Below the pieces are notes generated by a model, which was given only the letters and a program-made list of their open reading frames with translations, ran no database searches and was not told the origin of the DNA. Positions 54,101 to 64,000 of a DNA stretch of 64,000 nt are shown one piece after another; the stretch's first letter is position 1, and every line of letters starts with the position of its first letter. The position numbers and the translations under genes are program-made. The stretch spans positions 412,548,001 through 412,612,000 of the forward strand of contig OZ024740.1 in NCBI GenBank assembly GCA_964016885.1, in the 5' to 3' direction. The DNA comes from Eledone cirrhosa. Its lineage: Eukaryota.

Positions 54101-57100
54101 TGTGTATGGAGTTATGTGTATGTGTGTAGAAGGTGTAGTGTGTATGGAGTTATGTATATGTGTGTAGGTGTAGTGTGTATGGAGTAATGTATATGTGTGT
54201 AGAAAGTGTAGTGTGTATGGTGTTATGTGTATGTGTGTAGAAGCTGTAGTGTGTATGGAGGTATGTATATGTGTGTAGGTGTAGTGTGTATGGAGTTATG
54301 TATATGTGTGTAGAAAGTGTAGTGTGTATGGAGTTATGTATATGTGTGTAGAAAGTGTAGTGTGTATGGAATTATGTATATGTGTGTAGAAGGTGTAGTG
54401 TGTATGGAATTATGTATATGTGTGTAGAAGGTGTAGTGTGTATGGAGTTATGTATATGTGTGTAGGTGTAGTGTGTATGGAGTTATGTATATGTGTATGG
54501 TGTTATGTATATGTGTGTAGAAAGTGTAGTGTGTATGGAATTATGTATATGTGTGTAGAAGGTGTAGTGTGTATGGAGTTATGTATATGTGTGTAGAAGG
54601 TGTAGTTTGTATGGAGTTATGTATATGTGTGTAGAAAGTGTAGTGTGTATGGAGTTATGTATATGTGTGTAGAAAGTGTAGTGTGTATGGAGTTATGTGT
54701 ATGTGTGTAGAAGGTGTGGTGTGTATGGAGTTATGTATATGTGTGTAGAAAGTGTAGTGTGTATGGAGTTATGTATATGTGTGTAGAAGTTGTAGTGTGT
54801 ATGGAGTTATGTATATGTGTGTAGAAAGTGTAGTGTGTATGGAGTTATGTATATGTGTGTAGAAAGTGTAGTGTGTATGGAATTATGTATATGTGTGTAG
54901 AAGGTGTAGTGTGTATGGAGTTATGTATATGTGTGTAGAAAGTGTAGTGTGTATGGAGTTATGTATATGTGTGTAGAAGGTGTAGTGTGTATGGAGTTAT
55001 GTATATGTGTGTAGAAGATGTAGTGTGTATGGAGTTATGTATATGTGTGTAGAAGGTGTAGTGTCTATGGAGTTATGTATATGTGTGTAGGTTTAGTGTG
55101 TATGGAATTATGTATATGTGTGTAGGTGTAGTGTGTATGGAGTTATGTGTATGTGTGTAGAAGGTGTAGTGTGTATGGAGTTATGTATATGTGTGTAGAA
55201 TATGTAAATTGTATGGGGTTATGTGTATGTGTGTAGAAGGTGTAGTTTGTATGGAGTTATGTATAAGTGTGTAGAAGGTGTAATGTGTATGGAGTTATGT
55301 ATATGTGTGTTGGTGTAGTGTGTATGGAGTTATGTATATGTGTATAGAAAGTGTAGTGTGTATGGAGTTATGTATATGTGTGTAGAAGGTGTAGTGTGTA
55401 TGGAGTTATGTATATGTGTATAGAAAGTGTAGTGTGTATGGAGTTATGTATATGTGTGTAGAAGGTGTAGTGTGTATGGAGTTACGTATATGTGTGTAGA
55501 AGGTGTAGTGTGTATGGAGTTATGTATATGTGTGTAGAAAGTGTAGTGTGTATGGAGTTATGTATATGTGTGTAGGAGTAGTGTGTATGGAGTTATGAAT
55601 ATGTGTGCAGAAAGTGTAGTGTGTATGGAGTTATGTGTATGTGTGTAGAAAGTCTAGTGTGTATGGAGTTATGTGTATGTGTGTAGAAGGTGTAGTGTGT
55701 ATGGAGTTATGTATATGTGTGTAGAAAGTGTAGTGTGTATGGAGTTATGTATATGTGTGTAGAAAGTCTAGTGTGTATGGAGTTATGTGTATGTGTGTAG
55801 AAGGTGTAGTGTGTATGGAGTTATGTATATGTGTGTAGAAAGTGTAGTGTGTATGGTGTTATGTATATGTGTGTAGAAGTTGTAGTGTGTATGGAGTAAT
55901 GTATATGTATGTAGAAAGTGTAGTATGTATGGAGTTATGTGTATGTGTGTAGAAGGTGTAGTGTGTATGGAGTTATGTATATGTGTGTAGGTGTAGTGTG
56001 TATGGAGTTATGTATATGTGTGTAGAACGTGTAGTGTGTATGGAGTTATGTATATGTGTGAAGAAGGTGTAGTGTGTATGGAGTTATGTGTATGTGTGTA
56101 GAAGTTGTAGTGTGTATGGAGTTATGTATATGTGTGTAGAAAGTATAGTGTGTATGGAGTTATGTATATGTGTGTAGAAAGTGTAGTGTGTATGGAGTAT
56201 TGTATATGTGTGTAGAAAGTGTAGTGTGTATGGAGTTATATATATGTGTGTAGGAGTAGTGTGTATGGAGTTATGTATATGTGTGTAGAAAGTGTAGTGT
56301 GTATGGAGTTATGTATATGTGTGTAGAAAGTCTAGTGTGTATGGAGTTATGTGTATGTGTGTAGAAGGTGTAGTGTGTATGGAGTTATGTATATGTGTGT
56401 AGGTGTAGTGTGTATGGAGTAATGTATATGTGTGTAGAAAGTGTAGTGTGTATGGAGTTATGTGTATGTGTGTAGAAGCTGTAGTGTGTATGGATGTATG
56501 TATATGTGTGTAGGTGTAGTGTGTATGGAGTTTTGTATATGTGTGTAGAAAGTGTAGTGTGTATGGAGTTATGTATATGTGTGTAGAAAGTGTAGTGTGT
56601 ATGGAATTATGTATATGTGTGTAGAAGGTGTAGTGTGTATGGAGTTATGTATATGTGTGTAGAAGGTGTAGTGTGTATGGAGTTATGTATATGTGTGTAG
56701 GTGTAGTGTGTATGGAGTTATGTATATGTGTGTAGAAAGTGTAGTGTGTATGGAGTTATGTATATGTGTGTAGAAAGTGTAGTGTGTATGGAATTATGTA
56801 TATGTGTGAAGAAGGTGTAGTGTGTATGGAGTTATGTATAAGTGTGTAGAAGGTGTAGTTTGTATGGAGTTATGTATATGTGTGTAGAAAGTGTAGTGTA
56901 TATGGAGTTATGTATATGTGTGTAGAAAGTGTAGTGTGTATGGAGTTATGTGTATGTGTGTAGAAGGTGTGGTGTGTATGGAGTTATGTATATGTGTGTA
57001 GAAAGTGTAGTGTGTATGGAGTTATGTATATGTGTGTAGAAAGTGTAGTGTGTATGGAGTTATGTATATGTGTGTAGAAGATATAGTGTGTATGGAGTTA

Positions 57101-60100
57101 TGTATATGTGTGTAGAAGGTGTAGTGTCTATGGAGTTATGTATATGTGTGTAGGTTTAGTGTGTATGGAATTATGTATATGTGTGTGGGTGTAGTGTGTA
57201 TGGAGTTATGTGTATGTGTGTAGAAGGTGTAGTGTGTATGGAGTTATGTATATGTGTGTAGAATGTGTAAATTGAATTGGGTTATGTGTATGTGTGTAGA
57301 AGGTGTAGTTTGTATGGAGTTATGTATAAGTGTGTAGAAGGTGTAATGTGTATGGAGTTATGTATATGTGTGTTGGTGTAGTGTGTATGGAGTTATGTAT
57401 ATGTGTGTTGGTGTAGTGTGTATGGAGTTATGTATATGTGTATAGAAAGTGTAGTGTGTATGGAGTTATGTATATGTGTGTAGAAGGTGTAGTGTGTATG
57501 GAGTTATGTATATGAGTGTAGAAAGTGTAGTGTGTATGGAGTTATGTGTATGTATGCAGAAGGTGTAGTGTGTATGGAGTTAAGTATATGTGTGTAGAAG
57601 GTGTAGTGTGTATAGAGTTATGTATATGTGTGTAGAAGGTGTAGTGTCTATGGAGTTATGTATATGTGTGTAGGTTTAGTGTGTATGGAATTATGTATAT
57701 GTGTGTAGGTGTAGTGTGTATGGAGTTATGTGTATGTGTGTAGAAGGTGTAGTGTGTATGGAGTTATGTATATGTGTGTAGAATGTGTAAATTGTATGGG
57801 GTTATGTGTATGTGTGTAGAAGGTGTAGTTTGTATGGAGTTATGTATAAGTGTGTAGAAGGTGTAATGTGTATGGAGTTATGTATATGTGTGTTGGTGTA
57901 GTGTGTATGGAGTTATGTATATGTGTATAGAAAGTGTAGTGTGTATGGAGTTATGTATATGTGTGTAGAAGGTGTAGTGTGTATGGAGTTATGTATATGT
58001 GTGTAGAAAGTGTAGTGTGTATGGAGTTATGTGTATGTGTGCAGAAGGTGTAGTGTGTATGGAGTTACGTATATGTGTGTAGAAGGTGTAGTGTGTATGG
58101 AGTTATGTATATGTGTGTAGAAAGTGTAGTGTGTATGGAGTTATGTATATGTGTGTAGGAGTAGTGTGTATGGATTTATGAATATGTGTGTAGAAAGTGT
58201 AGTGTGTATGGAGTTATGTATATGTGTGTAGAAAGTGTAGTGTGTATGGAGTATTGTATATGTGTGTAGAAAGTGTAGTGTGTATGGAGTTATATATATG
58301 TGTGTAGGAGTAGTGTGTATGTAGTTATGTATATGTGTGTAGAAAGTGTAGTGTGTATGGAGTTATGTATATGTGTGTAGAAAGTCTAGTGTGTATGGAG
58401 TTATGTGTATGTGTGTAGAAGGTGTAGTGTGTATGGAGTTATGTATATGTGTGTAGAAAGTGTAGTGTGTATGGTGTTATGTATATGTGTGTAGAAGTTG
58501 TAGTGTGTATGGAGTAATGTATATGTGTGTAGAAAGTGTAGTATGTATGGAGTTATGTGTATGTGTGTAGAAGGTGTAGTGTGTATGGAGTTAAGTATAT
58601 GTGTGTAGGTGTAGTGTGTATGGAGTTATGTATATGTGTGTAGAACGTGTAGTGTGTATGGAGTTATGTATATGTGTGTAGAAGGTGTAGTGTGTATGGA
58701 TTTATATGTATGTGTGTAGAAGTTGTAGTGTGTATGGAGTTATGTATATGTGTGTAGAAAGTGTAGTGTGTAGGAAGTTATGTATATGTGTGTAGAAAGT
58801 GTAGTGGGTATGGAGTTATGTATATGAGTGTAGAAAGTGTAGTGTGTATGGAGTTATGTATATGTGTGTAGAAAGTGTAGTGTGTATGGAGTATTGTATA
58901 TGTGTGTAGAAAGTGTAGTGTGTATGGAGTTATATATATGTGTGTAGGAGTAGTGTGTATGGAGTTATGTATATGTGTGTAGAAAGTGTAGTGTGTATGG
59001 AGTTATGTATATGTGTGTAGAAAGTCTAGTGTGTATGGAGTTATGTGTATGTGTGTAGAAGGTGTAGTGTGTATGGAGTTATGTATATGTGTGTAGGTGT
59101 AGTGTGTATGGCGTAATGTATATGTGTGTAGAAAGTGTAGTGTGTATGGAGTTATGTGTATGTGTGTAGAAGCTGTAGTGTGTATGGAGGTATGTATATG
59201 TGTGTAGGTGTAGTGTGTATGGAGTTTTGTATATGTGTGTAGAAAGTGTAGTGCGTATGGAGTTATGTATATGTGTGTAGAAAGTGTAGTGTGTATGGAA
59301 TTATGTATATGTGTGTAGAAGGTGTAGTGTGTATGGAGTTATGTATATGTGTGTAGAAGGTGTAGTGTGTATGGAGTTATGTATATGTGTGTAGGTGTAG
59401 TGTGTATGGAGTTATGTATATGTGTGTAGAAAGTGTAGTGTGTATGGAGTTATGTATAAGTGTGTAGAAAGTGTAGTGTATATGGAGTTATGTATATGTG
59501 TGTAGAAAGTGTAGTGTGTATGGAGTTATGTGTATGTGTGTAGAAGGTGTGGTGTGTATGGAGTTATGTATATGTGTGTAGAAATAGTAGTGTGTATGGA
59601 GTTATGTATATGTGTGTAGAAAGTGTAGTGTGTATGGAGTTATGTATATGTGTGTAGAAGATGTAGTGTGTATGGAGTTATGTATATGTGTGTAGAAGGT
59701 GTAGTGTCTATGGAGTTATGTATATGTGTGTAGGTTTAGTGTGTATGGAATTATGTATATGTGTGTGGGTGTAGTGTGTATGTGTGTAGAAGGTGTAGTG
59801 TGTATGGAGTTATGTATATGTGTGTAGAATGTGTAAATTGTATGGGGTTATGTGTATGTGTGTAGAAGGTGTAGTTTGTATGGAGTTATGTATAAGTGTG
59901 TAGAAGGTGTAATGTGTATGGAGTTATGTATATGTGTGTTGGTGTAGTGTGTATGGAGTTATGTATATGTGTGTTGGTGTAGTGTGTATGGAGTTATGTA
60001 TATGTGTATAGAAAGTGTAGTGTGTATGGAGTTATGTATATGTGTGTAGAAGGTGTAGTGTGTATGGAGTTATGTATATGAGTGTAGAAAGTGTAGTGTG

Positions 60101-63100
60101 TATGGAGTTATGTATATGTGTGTAGAAGGTGTAGTGTGTATGGAGTTATGTGTATGTATGCAGAAGGTGTAGTGTGTATGGAGTTAAGTATATGTGTGTA
60201 GAAGGTGTAGTGTGTATAGAGTTATGTATATGTGTGTAGAAGGTGTAGTGTCTATGGAGTTATGTATATGTGTGTAGGTTTAGTGTGTATGGAATTATGT
60301 ATATGTGTGTAGGTGTAGTGTGTATGGAGTTATGTGTATGTGTGTAGAAGGTGTAGTGTGTATGGAGTTATGTATATGTGTGTAGAATGTGTAAATTGTA
60401 TGGGGTTATGTGTATGTGTGTAGAAGGTGTAGTTTGTATGGAGTTATGTATAAGTGTGTAGAAGGTGTAATGTGTATGGAGTTATGTATATGTGTGTTGG
60501 TGTAGTGTGTATGGAGTTATGTATATGTGTATAGAAAGTGTAGTGTGTATGGAGTTATGTATATGTGTGTAGAAGGTGTAGTGTGTATGGAGTTATGTAT
60601 ATGTGTGTAGAAAGTGTAGTGTGTATGGAGTTATGTGTATGTGTGCAGAAGGTGTAGTGTGTATGGAGTTACGTATATGTGTGTAGAAGGTGTAGTGTGT
60701 ATGGAGTTATGTATATGTGTGTAGAAAGTGTAGTGTGTATGGAGTTATGTATATGTGTGTAGGAGTAGTGTGTATGGATTTATGAATATGTGTGTAGAAA
60801 GTGTAGTGTGTATGGAGTTATGTATATGTGTGTAGAAAGTGTAGTGTGTATGGAGTATTGTATATGTGTGTAGAAAGTGTAGTGTGTATGGAGTTATATA
60901 TATGTGTGTAGGAGTAGTGTGTATGTAGTTATGTATATGTGTGTAGAAAGTGTAGTGTGTATGGAGTTATGTATATGTGTGTAGAAAGTCTAGTGTGTAT
61001 GGAGTTATGTGTATGTGTGTAGAAGGTGTAGTGTGTATGGAGTTATGTATATGTGTGTAGAAAGTGTAGTGTGTATGGTGTTATGTATATGTGTGTAGAA
61101 GTTGTAGTGTGTATGGAGTAATGTATATGTGTGTAGAAAGTGTAGTATGTATGGAGTTATGTGTATGTGTGTAGAAGGTGTAGTGTGTATGGAGTTAAGT
61201 ATATGTGTGTAGGTGTAGTGTGTATGGAGTTATGTATATGTGTGTAGAACGTGTAGTGTGTATGGAGTTATGTATATGTGTGTAGAAGGTGTAGTGTGTA
61301 TGGATTTATATGTATGTGTGTAGAAGTTGTAGTGTGTATGGAGTTATGTATATGTGTGTAGAAAGTGTAGTGTGTAGGAAGTTATGTATATGTGTGTAGA
61401 AAGTGTAGTGGGTATGGAGTTATGTATATGAGTGTAGAAAGTGTAGTGTGTATGGAGTTATGTATATGTGTGTAGAAAGTGTAGTGTGTATGGAGTATTG
61501 TATATGTGTGTAGAAAGTGTAGTGTGTATGGAGTTATATATATGTGTGTAGGAGTAGTGTGTATGGAGTTATGTATATGTGTGTAGAAAGTGTAGTGTGT
61601 ATGGAGTTATGTATATGTGTGTAGAAAGTCTAGTGTGTATGGAGTTATGTGTATGTGTGTAGAAGGTGTAGTGTGTATGGAGTTATGTATATGTGTGTAG
61701 GTGTAGTGTGTATGGCGTAATGTATATGTGTGTAGAAAGTGTAGTGTGTATGGAGTTATGTGTATGTGTGTAGAAGCTGTAGTGTGTATGGAGGTATGTA
61801 TATGTGTGTAGGTGTAGTGTGTATGGAGTTTTGTATATGTGTGTAGAAAGTGTAGTGCGTATGGAGTTATGTATATGTGTGTAGAAAGTGTAGTGTGTAT
61901 GGAATTATGTATATGTGTGTAGAAGGTGTAGTGTGTATGGAGTTATGTATATGTGTGTAGAAGGTGTAGTGTGTATGGAGTTATGTATATGTGTGTAGGT
62001 GTAGTGTGTATGGAGTTATGTATATGTGTGTAGAAAGTGTAGTGTGTATGGAGTTATGTATAAGTGTGTAGAAAGTGTAGTGTATATGGAGTTATGTATA
62101 TGTGTGTAGAAAGTGTAGTGTGTATGGAGTTATGTGTATGTGTGTAGAAGGTGTGGTGTGTATGGAGTTATGTATATGTGTGTAGAAATAGTAGTGTGTA
62201 TGGAGTTATGTATATGTGTGTAGAAAGTGTAGTGTGTATGGAGTTATGTATATGTGTGTAGAAGATGTAGTGTGTATGGAGTTATGTATATGTGTGTAGA
62301 AGGTGTAGTGTCTATGGAGTTATGTATATGTGTGTAGGTTTAGTGTGTATGGAATTATGTATATGTGTGTGGGTGTAGTGTGTATGTGTGTAGAAGGTGT
62401 AGTGTGTATGGAGTTATGTATATGTGTGTAGAATGTGTAAATTGTATGGGGTTATGTGTATGTGTGTAGAAGGTGTAGTTTGTATGGAGTTATGTATAAG
62501 TGTGTAGAAGGTGTAATGTGTATGGAGTTATGTATATGTGTGTTGGTGTAGTGTGTATGGAGTTATGTATATGTGTGTTGGTGTAGTGTGTATGGAGTTA
62601 TGTATATGTGTATAGAAAGTGTAGTGTGTATGGAGTTATGTATATGTGTGTAGAAGGTGTAGTGTGTATGGAGTTATGTATATGAGTGTAGAAAGTGTAG
62701 TGTGTATGGAGTTATGTATATGTGTGTAGAAGGTGTAGTGTGTATGGAGTTATGTATATGTGTATAGAAAGTGTAGTGTGTATGGAGTTATGTATATGTG
62801 TGTAGAAGGTGTAGTGTGTATGGAGTTATGTATATGAGTGTAGAAAGTGTAGTGTGTATGGAGTTATGTGTATGTGTGCAGAAGGTGTAGTGTGTATGGA
62901 GTTAAGTATATGTGTGTAGAAGGTGTAGTGTGTATAGAGTTATGTATATGTGTGTAGAAGGTGTAGTGTCTATGGAGTTATGTATATGTGTGTAGGTTTA
63001 GTGTGTATGGAATTATGTATATGTGTGTAGGTGTAGTGTGTATGGAGTTATGTGTATGTGTGTAGAAGGTGTAGTGTGTATGGAGTTATGTATATGTGTG

Positions 63101-64000
63101 TAGAATGTGTAAATTGTATGGGGTTATGTGTATGTGTGTAGAAGGTGTAGTTTGTATGGAGTTATGTATAAGTGTGTAGAAGGTGTAATGTGTATGGAGT
63201 TATGTATATGTGTGTTGGTGTAGTGTGTATGGAGTTATGTATATGTGTATAGAAAGTGTAGTGTGTATGGAGTTATGTATAAGTGTGTAGAAAGTGTAGT
63301 GTATATGGAGTTATGTATATGTGTGTAGAAAGTGTAGTGTGTATGGAGTTATGTGTATGTGTGTAGAAGGTGTGGTGTGTATGGAGTTATGTATATGTGT
63401 GTAGAAAGTGTAGTGTGTATGGAGTTATGTATATGTGTGTAGAAAGTGTAGTGTGTATGGAGTTATGTATATGTGTGTAGAAGATGTAGTGTGTATGGAG
63501 TTATGTATATGTGTGTAGAAGGTGTAGTGTCTATGGAGTTATGTATATGTGTATAGGTTTAGTGTGTATGGAATTATGTATATGTGTGTGGGTGTAGTGT
63601 GTATGGAGTTATGTGTATGTGTGTAGAAGGTGTAGTGTGTATGGAGTTATGTATATGTGTGTAGAAGGTGTAGTGTGTATGGAGTTATGTATATGTGTGT
63701 AGAAGGTGTAGTGTGTATGGTGTTATGTATATGTGTATAGAAAGTGTAGTGTGTATGGAGTTATGTATATGTGTGTAGAAGGTGTAGTGTGTATGGAGTT
63801 ATGTATATGTGTGTAGAAGGTGTAGTGTGTATGGAGTTATGTATATGAGTGTAGAAAGTGTAGTGTGTATGGTGTTATGTATATGTGTATAGAAAGTGTA
63901 GTGTGTATGGAGTTATGTATATGTGTGTAGAAGGTGTAGTGTGTATGGAGTTATGTATATGAGTGTAGAAAGTGTAGTGTGTATGGAGTTATGTGTATGT
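51104..64000. repeat. 38-bp minisatellite array with 35-bp variants, running off the window end
   Basis: Consensus AGAA(A/G)GTGTAGTGTGTATGGAGTTATGTATATGTGTGT. AGAAAG at 51247 and 51285 gives the period of 38. Roughly 340 units by length division. Confidence 0.97.

Noticed and set aside
51104-64000. CRISPR-like or coding interpretation of the 38-bp array
   Set aside because: Units are head-to-tail with no unique spacers, there are no cas genes, and the context is eukaryotic.

Overview
AT-rich eukaryotic, repeat-dominated DNA. The SINE types and the (TA)n/(CA)n density suggest a cephalopod such as Octopus, which is an inference. No host protein-coding gene is recognisable, and almost all track ORFs are microsatellite artefacts. 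The window holds fragments of at least four Penelope-like retroelements (PLEs; RT and GIY-YIG), most as head-to-head fold-back structures bounded by (TA)n. It also holds a near full-length decayed L1/Tx1-type LINE (38941-44740, minus), a decayed HERO-like LINE fragment, tRNA-derived SINEs, a probable LTR remnant, and a 12.9-kb array of a 38-bp minisatellite with a 2604-bp higher-order duplication. The main hidden signal is RNA structure: about a dozen intact or degenerate type I hammerhead ribozyme (HHR) motifs. One non-coding 430-540 bp HHR-bearing unit behaves like a non-LTR retrozyme. It occurs as a tandem array (47.6-49.2 kb), a terminally redundant copy (30.3 kb), a unit-length monomer with both ends inside the ribozyme and fused to a PLE 3' end (33.8-34.4 kb), and a diverged relative (34.4-34.8 kb) with covarying hairpins. 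All structure calls were made by eye; no folding, alignment or database search was run.
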